64,000 nt of DNA from a candidate division WS6 bacterium GW2011_GWF2_39_15 (GTDB taxonomy: Bacteria > Patescibacteriota > Dojkabacteria > SC72): positions 84,869 through 148,868 of the forward strand of contig LBWK01000001.1 of NCBI GenBank assembly GCA_000993565.1. The letters are read 5' to 3'. This document shows positions 19,074 to 28,278 of this stretch, piece after piece; within the stretch, counting starts at the first letter, position 1, and each line of letters starts with the position of its first letter. A program made the position numbers and the translations under genes. The notes under the pieces are model-generated. The model worked only from the letters and a program-made list of their open reading frames with translations, was not told where the DNA came from and did no database searches.

Positions 19074-19679
19074 CTACATTAAACTCATAACGTACTCGAC
19101 CTTTCTGGCCCATTCATTTGGTGTATGAGGGTTATAACGTGGTGCAATCTGACGCGGTGTAACAAGCCCAGATGAGTAATAACGAGAAAGACCTCTCGAA
19201 ACCGTGTAGATGGCTTCTTCCCAACTTTTGAACGTGTACGGCGACATACTACCTCCCCAGCCCCATGCGTTGTAAGGTCTATAGGTATATTTGCCCCCGC
19301 TGGATTCTATAATGGAAATTGCAGCTACAAGTCGATAATCAATTCCAAATTCCTGTGCTGTCTTAACAAGGTACTCTGCCTTGGCCGCAAGCGGAGCCCC
19401 ACGTGAGGCAAGATAAGCCCTTACTTTTCTCACCTTAATTTGATCAACATCCATTAGCTCCAATTTACGGGAGACTGTTCTGTAATCAATTTCGTCGTCG
19501 GCACTTAATATCTGAGTCCTGCTATTTACGCTAGAAGAAGCAAAGACGGAACTTATATTTCCTGAGATTAGGTAGAAGAAAACACGCTCCTGCGACTTAA
19601 GCAATGCACCTGTAAATAATATAAGGGCAAACACATAAAGAAGAAAATTATTTATTTTTGATGAATATTTTCTTTTCAT
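19074..19679 (-). CDS. Secreted or anchored lysozyme-like (glucosaminidase/SLT-like) protein
   Basis: N-terminal TM; GIDYRLVAAISIIESSGGK...YNAWGWG...FKSWEEAI; paralog of 28279-28959. Confidence 0.65.
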   Translation of the reverse strand: MKRKYSSKINNFLLYVFALILFTGALLKSQERVFFYLISGNISSVFASSSVNSRTQILSADDEIDYRTVSRKLELMDVDQIKVRKVRAYLASRGAPLAAKAEYLVKTAQEFGIDYRLVAAISIIESSGGKYTYRPYNAWGWGGSMSPYTFKSWEEAIYTVSRGLSRYYSSGLVTPRQIAPRYNPHTPNEWARKVEYVMSLM

Positions 19680-19747
19680 ATATAGTATAAAATATGTGAG
19701 CGATATTATACCATAAATATCCTATATAATTTGACCCGAGCTGCGAA

Positions 19748-20377
19748 ATGGTACTTTCTATAATAAACTGGCTGATATGGCTGATTGAAAAAATTGGATA
19801 CTTAGGGGTTTTCACCGCTATGTTTATTGAAAGTTTTTTCGCACCTATACCAAGTGAACTAATCCTTCCCTTTGCAGGATTCCTAAGCCATCAAGGGACA
19901 CTAAACATTTATCTAGTAATCCTTTTAAGTGGTATAGCAAGCACCTTGGGTTCCTTGCCTTTTTATCTATTAGGATATTGGGGTAATGACTTGGTTGTAA
20001 ATAGATTTCTCAAAAGATACGGCAAATTCTTCTTTATAGCTGAGGAAGATGTCGAAAAGGGAATACTTTTATTTACGAAGCATGGCAAGCTTATGATATT
20101 TGCCGGAAGATTGATACCAATTATCAGAACGGTCATATCTTTCCCCGCCGGATTGGTTAAAATGAGCTTTACGGAGTTCGTACTCTTTACACTAGCCGGA
20201 TCAACTATATGGAGCGCCTTTTTAGCCCTAGCAGGATATGTATTGGGCTCACAGTGGGAGGTCGTGAGTATCTGGATAGAAAAATATCAAACAGTTATTA
20301 TAGTGTGCGGAGTAGCGGCCTTTCTCCTGTTCGTTTTCTACAAAATAGGCAAGAAAAGGCTAAAGAGATCTGATTAG
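19748..20377 (+). CDS. dedA: DedA family membrane protein
   Basis: IESFFAPIPSELILPFAG, GRLIPIIRTVISFPAG. Confidence 0.92.
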   Translation: MVLSIINWLIWLIEKIGYLGVFTAMFIESFFAPIPSELILPFAGFLSHQGTLNIYLVILLSGIASTLGSLPFYLLGYWGNDLVVNRFLKRYGKFFFIAEEDVEKGILLFTKHGKLMIFAGRLIPIIRTVISFPAGLVKMSFTEFVLFTLAGSTIWSAFLALAGYVLGSQWEVVSIWIEKYQTVIIVCGVAAFLLFVFYKIGKKRLKRSD

Positions 20378-21895
20378 GGATTTTCCTCCCATCTCAGACG
20401 GAATCGGTACATCCATAATATCCAATATTGTTGGAGCAATATCTTTAAGTGCACCGTACGGAAGCTTTCTGGGTGACATATCAGGATCTGCAATTATAAA
20501 TGGTACTGGGTTAAATGAATGTTCGGTATCAATCTCCCCGGACTTAAGGTTTATGACCTCCTCGACATTACCATGATCCGCGGTGATAATAACTACCCCT
20601 CCTGCGGCCGTAAATCTTTTTACAAGCTCGTTAACACAGTGGTCAACGACCTGAACAGCCTTTATAGAGGCATTTATATTCCCGGTGTGTCCGACCATAT
20701 CGCCATTTGCCAGATTTAAGACAATAAAATCGTACATATCTGTTGATATACGATATTTGAGAATCTCCTGTATTTCCATTGCGCTCATTTCAGGTTTGAG
20801 ATCGTATGTCGCAACATTTGCTGACGGGACTTCAATCCGGTCTTCACCTTGGTACTTTATAGACATGCCACCGTTAAAGAAGTATGTAACATGAGGGAAC
20901 TTCTCCGTTTCAGAGATCCTGAGCTGACGAATACCGTTATTAGAAAGAACCTTCCCGATTGGGAGAGTGATATACTCTTTGGGAAACAACACATGCAGTG
21001 GAGTGCCCTTTCTATACTCAACCATTGACGCAAAAAAGAGATTTGGAATCAACTCCCTGCTAAAAAATGTAAACTGTGGTTCTGTGAAGGCAGATGTCAG
21101 CTGTAATGCTCTGTCTGCACGATAGTTCATAAAAATGACCGCATCTCCGCTTTTTACCGTCGGTAGAACCCCGTTCTGGCTTATAACAGCAGGCTTTATA
21201 AACTCATCAGTAATACCATTTGAATAATTTCTATCAAAAACCTCTGACCAAGCATTGAATCTTTCTCCCTCACCTCTAGTGAGAAGGTTATAGGCAGCCT
21301 CGGTTTTTCCCCATCTCATACTTCGATCCATAGCAATTGAACGGCCACAAACGGTGGCAATTCTTCCGATACCAAGTTTATCAACTGTATTTTGCATTTT
21401 TGCCAAGTAATTCCGCCCATGATCGGGTGGTGTATCCCGGCCATCTGTAAATGCGTGGATTAATACTTCGCCAGTAAAGTTGTTGGCAGCAAAAAACTCA
21501 ATTGTTGCTATGAAATGATTAATATGCGAGTGAACCGATCCGTCACTCAAGCATCCCATTAGATGGATATTGCTACGATGCTTAATCGCATGTCTTAAAG
21601 CTTCCCAAAGAGTATTATTGTCCTGATAACTGCCACCTGTAATTGATTTATTAATCCTTGGAAGTGTTTGTGTAACAACGTTACCTGCTCCAATATTTAG
21701 ATGTCCGACTTCACTATTTCCTTTAGTATTGGCGGGTAATCCTACGGCCTCAGATGAAGCGAGTAGGTAGGTATGAGGAAAAGTATCCCAAAGCTGAATA
21801 AGGTTTTTAGGATTTGCAAGAGAAACTGCGTTCCCTCTGTTTTGAGGTGCAGCACCCAGTCCGTCCATAATTATTAATAGAACCTTCTTCTTCAT
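20360..21895 (-). CDS. gpmI: 2,3-bisphosphoglycerate-independent phosphoglycerate mutase (track start 21928)
   Basis: LIIMDGLG, GNSEVGH, DGRDT, ETEKFPHVTYFFNGG, DMVGHTG, TADHGN. Confidence 0.97.
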   Translation of the reverse strand: MKKKVLLIIMDGLGAAPQNRGNAVSLANPKNLIQLWDTFPHTYLLASSEAVGLPANTKGNSEVGHLNIGAGNVVTQTLPRINKSITGGSYQDNNTLWEALRHAIKHRSNIHLMGCLSDGSVHSHINHFIATIEFFAANNFTGEVLIHAFTDGRDTPPDHGRNYLAKMQNTVDKLGIGRIATVCGRSIAMDRSMRWGKTEAAYNLLTRGEGERFNAWSEVFDRNYSNGITDEFIKPAVISQNGVLPTVKSGDAVIFMNYRADRALQLTSAFTEPQFTFFSRELIPNLFFASMVEYRKGTPLHVLFPKEYITLPIGKVLSNNGIRQLRISETEKFPHVTYFFNGGMSIKYQGEDRIEVPSANVATYDLKPEMSAMEIQEILKYRISTDMYDFIVLNLANGDMVGHTGNINASIKAVQVVDHCVNELVKRFTAAGGVVIITADHGNVEEVINLKSGEIDTEHSFNPVPFIIADPDMSPRKLPYGALKDIAPTILDIMDVPIPSEMGGKSLIRSL

Positions 21896-22032
21896 AGGCA
21901 GTTTCTTGTTATGTGAAAATAATAACATATACTATGGAATAATTTAAACGTATATCATATAATCAAACCAATATTACACAAACTTTTGATTTTTCTGATA
22001 TAATCAGCAGTCTTAAATAAGTAATCAAGATT

Positions 22033-22467
22033 ATGAATACAGATATTTTTAAAAAGATTGAAGAGTCACAATATAAAAAGAGACCTGATGTTAAGGTTGG
22101 AGATACTGCTAAGCTCTCAGTAAGGATTAAGGAAGGGAACAAGGAGAGAGTACAGGTATTTGAAGGCTTAGTTATAGCCCTAAAAGGCTCAGGACTGGGA
22201 AGAACAATTACCGTTAGAAAAATGTCCTATGGAGTATCTGTTGAGAGAATTGTTCCGCTTCATTCACCAACACTTGATAAAATAGAGGTTGTACAAAGAG
22301 GAAAAGTTCGAAAGAGCAAACTTTATTACGTAAGAGAAAAGATTGGTAAGAGAGCTTTGAAAGTAAGCAACCTTAAAGATCTTTACTTAACTGATGAGGC
22401 TGAAGTTGCTGAGGAACCAGAGAAGGCTGAATCTAAATCAGAAACTGAGCAAGCAACCGCTGCTTAA
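22033..22467 (+). CDS. rplS: 50S ribosomal protein L19
   Basis: IKEGNKERVQVFEG, TVRKMSYGVSVER, GKVRKSKLYY. Confidence 0.98.
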   Translation: MNTDIFKKIEESQYKKRPDVKVGDTAKLSVRIKEGNKERVQVFEGLVIALKGSGLGRTITVRKMSYGVSVERIVPLHSPTLDKIEVVQRGKVRKSKLYYVREKIGKRALKVSNLKDLYLTDEAEVAEEPEKAESKSETEQATAA

Positions 22468-22482
22468 GCTTATTGAAAACAT

Positions 22483-22558
22483 GCGAGAGTAGTTCAATGG
22501 TTAGAATATCTGTTTTCCAAACAGAGGGTTGCGGGTTCGAGTCCCGTCTCTCGCTCCA
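22483..22558 (+). tRNA. tRNA-Gly (anticodon TCC)
   Basis: GCGAGAGTAGTTCAATGGTTAGAATA-TCTGT-TTTCCAA-ACAGA-GGGTTGCGGGTTCGAGTCCCGTCTCTCGCTCCA. Confidence 0.95.
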
Positions 22559-22668
22559 AATTTCATGTATTAAATACGATTGATATTTAGCACCCAAATC
22601 CCCCCTTATTAACAATGTTGTCTTTTCCTGGTAAAATATAGCTATTATAATGTTTTATTAACATAAAT

Positions 22669-23355
22669 ATGCCTCAGGTAATTCCGGGAAACCAGAGTAA
22701 TACAACTCAGACACCTGTGGTAGCACCTGCTGCATCACCGATACCTTCTCAACAGGTTCCCCCTTCACAAAGTCCATGGAATGATATGGGAGGCTGGGGA
22801 TGGAATCCTGGATCGGATAATCCTAACCCAAATGAAAAGCGCTTAACTCCGCAAGAGCGGGTTGAAATGATTGAGAAATTATACCAAGAGGTATTAGGCA
22901 GAAAACCTGACACAAGAGATATAAATTACTATAAATACTCAACTCTATCTGAAGAAGAGATTAAAAAACAACTTCTCACTGGCAAAGAGCACAAGCAACT
23001 TTTAGATGATGGTCGTGACTATAAGAAAATGAAAGATAGGGCTATGCAGGCAGAAACACGTGTAAAAATGCTCGAATCACAAATAACCGATCAAGTTCAA
23101 GAGTTCAAACATTTATCCGATCTCTTAACAGAAAAGAACAAATATATTCAACAGTTGCGCGAAAAGCTAAATGACCCGTATAATCTATCAAGCTCATCTG
23201 TTAAGCCATTACCTATTCCACAGTCTCCTGATCTTGTTAAGCCTCAGCATGAAAGCAAGGAGGTCTTTTCTATTCCTACATCCTCTTCAGAAAAGCCGAT
23301 CAGTGAGACTAAGAAGAAGCTATTTAATTTAATTAAAAACTTTTTACCAGATTAA
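22669..23355 (+). CDS. Hypothetical protein: Pro/Gln-rich N-terminus, DUF4214-like helix, coiled coil
   Basis: IEKLYQEVLGRKPD resembles the DUF4214 LYxxVLGRxPD motif; heptad-rich middle. Confidence 0.6.
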   Translation: MPQVIPGNQSNTTQTPVVAPAASPIPSQQVPPSQSPWNDMGGWGWNPGSDNPNPNEKRLTPQERVEMIEKLYQEVLGRKPDTRDINYYKYSTLSEEEIKKQLLTGKEHKQLLDDGRDYKKMKDRAMQAETRVKMLESQITDQVQEFKHLSDLLTEKNKYIQQLREKLNDPYNLSSSSVKPLPIPQSPDLVKPQHESKEVFSIPTSSSEKPISETKKKLFNLIKNFLPD

Positions 23356-23356
23356 A

Positions 23357-23662
23357 ATGAGTATGAGATACATTGCCACTCGGATAAGAGGGGCACGAGA
23401 GGAGAAGGGGATCTCTCAAAGAAAATTAGGAATGATCTTAGGTCTTTCTGATAAAGCAATCAGTGCTTACGAAGCAGGAAGAACCTATCCCCCGTTAGAT
23501 ACACTTTTTAAGTTGTCAAAAGAGCTTGGGAAACCTGTTTCATATTTTATTGAAGAGGACTCTCACAAAGCTTACATCACTGAATCAATGTCCAAAATCT
23601 CTGAACGTCTAGCAACAATAACCCAGGAAATAGAAAAGCTGAAAAAGACTTTAAGTGAATAG
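23357..23662 (+). CDS. XRE-family HTH transcriptional regulator
   Basis: IRGAREEKGISQRKLG...ISAYEAGRTYPPLDTL...VSYF. Confidence 0.9.
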   Translation: MSMRYIATRIRGAREEKGISQRKLGMILGLSDKAISAYEAGRTYPPLDTLFKLSKELGKPVSYFIEEDSHKAYITESMSKISERLATITQEIEKLKKTLSE

Positions 23663-24454
23663 CTAATTATCGATAAGAGTAAGAAAGTTTCCTTTGAAGA
23701 AGCTTTCAAGTGAACTATTATATAAAGCCTCATCTTTTTTGAGCGACTTATATGATGTGCTTAAGCTAGACTGCAGTGAATTGATCTCAGAGAGAGTAGG
23801 CTTATTGTGAACCTGTCTAATCGTCTCCCAATACTTCGTATAGGAACTCCAATAATTGGAAACCTCACTGAGTTGTGTCGGGAACCTTGATTTAAGCAGA
23901 TTTAGATTAGCCATACACTGATCTATAGCTTTTTTAACGGCTGAATCACTACTTTCCAAGTTAATACGATTAAAGCAGGACCTGATACTATATGTCTCCA
24001 CTATCACTGAATGATAACTAATTAAAGAAGTCCCTAAATCGGCATATACCTGGTGATTTGCAACACGTTGTCTATCTTCACGTAAAGTTTCGGCCGATAT
24101 CCCAGGAATCTTTTTTGAAAGTTCAAAAACTATCTCAGAATGGGAACTTAACTCCTGATTCAACAGGTTAAACTCTTCAATATCCTGTACGGCTACAGAA
24201 GAAGTACTCTTATAGTCATTAATACTGACAGATAACACTTCGTCTCTTAGTGTGTTGAATTTCTTTGAAATATTATTATATGTTTCTACATAAGCATTAC
24301 GAGTGATATTCAGAGTTTCAATATCCTCTTCTTTCTTACCAACTAGATACGATGTTAGTACTAAGGCAAAAGAAACAAGGATAAGTAACCCAATCAAAGC
24401 AGGTAGGAGGAACTTAAACTGCTTAATGAGTTTTACTCTGGTGGTTCTAGCCAT
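23663..24454 (-). CDS. Hypothetical membrane-anchored helical protein
   Basis: Single N-terminal TM; helical extracellular domain with one Cys pair. Confidence 0.6.
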   Translation of the reverse strand: MARTTRVKLIKQFKFLLPALIGLLILVSFALVLTSYLVGKKEEDIETLNITRNAYVETYNNISKKFNTLRDEVLSVSINDYKSTSSVAVQDIEEFNLLNQELSSHSEIVFELSKKIPGISAETLREDRQRVANHQVYADLGTSLISYHSVIVETYSIRSCFNRINLESSDSAVKKAIDQCMANLNLLKSRFPTQLSEVSNYWSSYTKYWETIRQVHNKPTLSEINSLQSSLSTSYKSLKKDEALYNSSLESFFKGNFLTLIDN

Positions 24455-24993
24455 TTCTTGAGTTTCTTAACAAAGTTTCTGGCAAGCAAATACAGGCCAA
24501 ATAATCCACCTAATGCAAGCAGGAGTAGAATTAACGACTTAATTATTACTGCTCCGCTGTATCCAGCGGTCTGTGGAACAGTAGTCTTGTCTTCATCAAA
24601 AGTAAGTGTAATCGAAGCAGAAGAAGTGTAATTTGTTTTAAACTCCCAGTCAGTAATATTTCCCGAAATATTGTATGTACCTGAAGTTGAAGGTTTAGCA
24701 TAGGCAGTATAAGAATAGACCTCTCCCTTTTCTACGGGGATAAACTGCGGATGTCTCTCAATTATCTCTATGCCTTCAGGGGCATCCCACGATATCTCCA
24801 CTTTATCAGCGGTTATATTCGACCTAAATTTCACATTAATAGGAACACTTTTTGTCCATGGTGATTGTGTTCCCAAACTTAGTTCTACATTGAAGTAGTC
24901 GCCTGTCGTTTCAGGAACCTCTGCATATACTGGAGAGTGTATAAGAAAGGTCCAAGTAAGAAGTAATGTTAGAAATAAGAAAAGTTTCTTCAT
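24433..24993 (-). CDS. Hypothetical secreted beta-rich (Ig-like) protein with C-terminal TM anchor
   Basis: Signal peptide ending VYA, beta-strand pattern, C-terminal hydrophobic helix plus basic tail. Confidence 0.6.
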   Translation of the reverse strand: MKKLFLFLTLLLTWTFLIHSPVYAEVPETTGDYFNVELSLGTQSPWTKSVPINVKFRSNITADKVEISWDAPEGIEIIERHPQFIPVEKGEVYSYTAYAKPSTSGTYNISGNITDWEFKTNYTSSASITLTFDEDKTTVPQTAGYSGAVIIKSLILLLLALGGLFGLYLLARNFVKKLKKWLEPPE

Positions 24994-25406
24994 CCTAGTA
25001 ACCTTGATATTAATTTATAATACGCCTGGTATCCCTTTTTAACATCTTCACGACTAACCTCAATGTCGTCGTGTACAATACTATTTCTTAGCTTGTGATA
25101 ATACCATATTTCCTCGTAAAGATCTCTTTTAACTTGCTTTCTTATTTTCTTTAAATTTTCACCGCAGGTTAAATTGTTACGATTTCTAATCTGCAACACC
25201 TTACTTAATATGCTATCTAATCTAACAATACTATCACGATTAGCAGAACTTAAATCAAGTTCAATATTTTCCTTAATACTTTTCATCTGTTTATAGATCT
25301 CATTTTTCCTCCTGGAAGATACTTTGTTTGAGCTTTTAAAAACAAATAAGAAAAAGACCAGAATTAAGAATAGGACCAGCCCTGTTATGTATAAGGAGTC
25401 TTGCAT
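24990..25406 (-). CDS. Membrane-anchored HEPN-like (DUF4145-like) protein
   Basis: N-terminal TM; HKLRNSIVHD carries the R-x4-H HEPN motif. Confidence 0.6.
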   Translation of the reverse strand: MQDSLYITGLVLFLILVFFLFVFKSSNKVSSRRKNEIYKQMKSIKENIELDLSSANRDSIVRLDSILSKVLQIRNRNNLTCGENLKKIRKQVKRDLYEEIWYYHKLRNSIVHDDIEVSREDVKKGYQAYYKLISRLLG

Positions 25407-27265
25407 TATTTCCTTTTTCTAAATAAATATTTAAATATCATGTATATTATAGTGAATAAGAGCAGAGAAATTAAGAGATTTATGAAGGTATTACCAGTTG
25501 GATTACTAGCAGTCGATTTTAAATTTGCAGCTTTTTTGAATACGGTTCCCTCAAGATCGGCAATTGTTACAACCATTTTATCAGCCTTAGTCAGGCTTGT
25601 GGCAGAAAAGACCAGAGGGATTATCGTCTCCTGATTTGGTAAGACAGTATGTGCACTCCAAAGATTCAAGGGAGAAATGCCTGCTTTATCAACTATTATA
25701 TTCGCTTTCATTATCTGATATATCTTATTACTGCGATTTTTAACAATCAGATCGCCTTTAACTCTATTTCCATCTTGTCCCTTAACTTTAAACTCACTGG
25801 TAATCTCTTCAAAAGGAGCAATCATTGCATCTGCGATCTCAATGTTAAACTCATCCGGAGAAAATACAGACATTTGAGGTTTAATTGATGATTCGTTCCT
25901 GGAAACGAGGGCGATATGGTCTAAGCTAGTTGAAATATAGCGTTTGGGGAAATAGTCTTGTAAGGCAGGGTCTAAAATTATCCATTTACCACTATCCACA
26001 TCCCAGTACTCCCCCCAGCTATGAAAAAAACCTTTCTCTTGATATGAGTTTAGGGGTGAAATATAACCTAGTATCATACGAGTTGGGACTCCCATATATC
26101 TCAGGAGGGCGATTAAGAGATCAGTATAATCATCAGGGGAAGCACCTTCCGAAATTGTTCTCTCGATATTGGAAACACCATGCCTAATGTCTACTTTTAC
26201 GTCCTGTGATGATCCTGAAGAAGGGGTAAGCCTCTCAAGAACATAATCATATATTGAGGAGATAAATAAACTGCGGACATTTGACTCACCTTCAAAGCTC
26301 TCAGGTAATCCTTTCTCCCGTAGATAAAGCTTAACTCTCTTCAGTTCAGTATCCGTTCCAAATGACCAGTAGTTATCTATTTGCAGTAGTTTGGAAAAGT
26401 CTTTTGGTGACCTGTGACTTGCTTCATCAAAATAGATATAACCGCGTACCTTGATTGTGATGCTTTCACCTTGCTTAAGGAGATAGGAGATATTCAGATT
26501 ATCATTACTATCCAGTTCAATATCAAATGGGGAAGGAGTAACTTCAGAGTATAAAACATGCTGACCGTTACCTTCTCTGGGCAAGGTAATTCTATATACA
26601 CTTGTCTGTTCCCCGGAGTTACTTAATTCTTTAGAGATACTAAGGTTATAACCAAAGTCTTTACCAATAACCAGTGAGAGAGCAGGATTAGAAAGCAAGG
26701 ATTTTTCCTTTACTTGCACGACCTTAAAGCCCTTCGCTGTAGTACTGGGTTCAAACTCAACAGATGACCAGACTATATTTCCCCAGTCGGAGGGGTATTC
26801 TACCTTATTAACACCCTGGTCAAAACTTAATATTGGGGGGATTAGAAGCACATAGTTCTCACCGTCAACCTTAACATAATCATCAAGCACTATTGTGACA
26901 TTAATTACCAAGGGACTACCTTTCTGTGCAATCAAATTCGGTAGGCTGAGATAAACTTTACTACCTGACGATTGTTTAGTACTGCTATATTTATAATCCT
27001 TCCCCTCAATGTTAACTTTAAGGCTATCATATGAACTAAATGGGATTGTAAATGTAAAATTTGTAATGACTGAAGGGATATTACTGGATTGGGCTAAGGT
27101 GAATGCATAGTTGATACTTAAATCGCCATCTTTGTTTACGTGGTAAATGGAGGAATTTGTTCTTGTAAGCTCAGCTGCAATTAAAGGCGTTGAAGTTGAA
27201 AGAAGTATTAAAAATCCACTAAATACTAATAGAGTTCTCTTTAAATAACCAATCAAACTTGTCAT
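25406..27265 (-). CDS. Transglutaminase-like domain surface protein; catalytic Cys replaced by Pro
   Basis: GASPDDYTDLLIALLRYMGVPTRMILGY...HSWGEYW...WIILDP; signal peptide and C-terminal TM. Confidence 0.8.
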   Translation of the reverse strand: MTSLIGYLKRTLLVFSGFLILLSTSTPLIAAELTRTNSSIYHVNKDGDLSINYAFTLAQSSNIPSVITNFTFTIPFSSYDSLKVNIEGKDYKYSSTKQSSGSKVYLSLPNLIAQKGSPLVINVTIVLDDYVKVDGENYVLLIPPILSFDQGVNKVEYPSDWGNIVWSSVEFEPSTTAKGFKVVQVKEKSLLSNPALSLVIGKDFGYNLSISKELSNSGEQTSVYRITLPREGNGQHVLYSEVTPSPFDIELDSNDNLNISYLLKQGESITIKVRGYIYFDEASHRSPKDFSKLLQIDNYWSFGTDTELKRVKLYLREKGLPESFEGESNVRSLFISSIYDYVLERLTPSSGSSQDVKVDIRHGVSNIERTISEGASPDDYTDLLIALLRYMGVPTRMILGYISPLNSYQEKGFFHSWGEYWDVDSGKWIILDPALQDYFPKRYISTSLDHIALVSRNESSIKPQMSVFSPDEFNIEIADAMIAPFEEITSEFKVKGQDGNRVKGDLIVKNRSNKIYQIMKANIIVDKAGISPLNLWSAHTVLPNQETIIPLVFSATSLTKADKMVVTIADLEGTVFKKAANLKSTASNPTGNTFINLLISLLLFTIIYMIFKYLFRKRK

Positions 27266-27950
27266 ATTTTCTCAAAATTTGTTTTATTATTGGGGTCTTA
27301 AGCGTAATTCCCATTTTACCTAGAACATTTTCCCATTTTACCCTTCGCGGTGGATTTACCATGCGATAAGTAGGATTCCTAACAATTTCCTGTTTTGCAT
27401 TCTTTCTTATGACATAATAGGCCATACCATTCATATCATCAAGCTCGTCAATCTCAAGTCCATCCTCATGCACAATCTCATTGATGACAAGTAGGTTGGA
27501 TCTGGTATTAGATATACATACTGCATAATCTGGAGGAACTATTACTTTTGAGTCTTTCTTTAAGGAAACTGTAATAATATCTCCCTCGTAGCTTTTCTCA
27601 AAATTCTGCATTTGTATTGTACCTGCACCATTCACTACTTCTAGTATGCGGGCGTACTTTGACATCCTCAGACCTTTTGTCTTGACAAACTCAATTCCCG
27701 CCAGATTAGCCTGCACAAGAAAAAGGTTTACTTTTATACCTTTCTCTTTATATATACCGTCTTTATCAAAACCCGTGTATTTAGTATAAAAGACCTCCGG
27801 ACAGGTGATTTCACTGTTTAATAACTGATGTTTTATGTTATCAATACCTACAGAGTTCTTACTTTCGTAAATAAGCTCAGACTCAAGTATTTCACCATTT
27901 TCTATTATTACTGAAAAACCGAGGGATTTCTTTAAATCAATCTTCGCCAT
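27219..27950 (-). CDS. Cupin-type (archaeal-type) glucose-6-phosphate isomerase-like protein with degenerate metal site
   Basis: EFVKTKG, ILEVVNGAGTIQMQ, KVIVPPDYA, GMAYY, NPTY follow the cupin PGI layout, but the His ligands are absent. Confidence 0.65.
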   Translation of the reverse strand: MAKIDLKKSLGFSVIIENGEILESELIYESKNSVGIDNIKHQLLNSEITCPEVFYTKYTGFDKDGIYKEKGIKVNLFLVQANLAGIEFVKTKGLRMSKYARILEVVNGAGTIQMQNFEKSYEGDIITVSLKKDSKVIVPPDYAVCISNTRSNLLVINEIVHEDGLEIDELDDMNGMAYYVIRKNAKQEIVRNPTYRMVNPPRRVKWENVLGKMGITLKTPIIKQILRKYDKFDWLFKENSISI

Positions 27951-27972
27951 TCTTTATTATACCACGAGAGTG

Positions 27973-28278
27973 CTATTCTCTAGAAAAAGCCTTTACCATC
28001 TCATAAGTGATATATCCGAGAATTATAAAGAAGGCAAGAGCTACAAGTGACGTTAGATCAAACTCTACACCAGCGAGAACAAATACATCCTGTGTTATTC
28101 CCCTAAATGGCCTGACAAAATATTCACTGTACTGATATACAAGGTTAACTAAGGAGTTTTTAGCACTGGCATCTATCAACAGCAGGACAAAACGGATTGA
28201 AACAAGCGCCTGTATCAGAAGTATTAACGAGTAAATAAGTTTTGTAAATAATCTTAACATAAATAATAGATATAACAT
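27973..28278 (-). CDS. YggT family membrane protein
   Basis: IRFVLLLIDAS...VYQYSEYFVRPFRGI...DLTSLVAL. Confidence 0.78.
   Translation of the reverse strand: MLYLLFMLRLFTKLIYSLILLIQALVSIRFVLLLIDASAKNSLVNLVYQYSEYFVRPFRGITQDVFVLAGVEFDLTSLVALAFFIILGYITYEMVKAFSRE

Noticed and set aside
22483-22558. TGA-to-Gly recoding (code 25) as in Gracilibacteria/Absconditabacteria
   Set aside because: Gly anticodons are TCC and CCC, conserved genes are uninterrupted in code 11, and gatB, helD and uvrC end at TGA.
22433-22615. 60-aa ORF containing WSERRDSNPQPSVWKT
   Set aside because: Antisense translation of tRNA-Gly(TCC).
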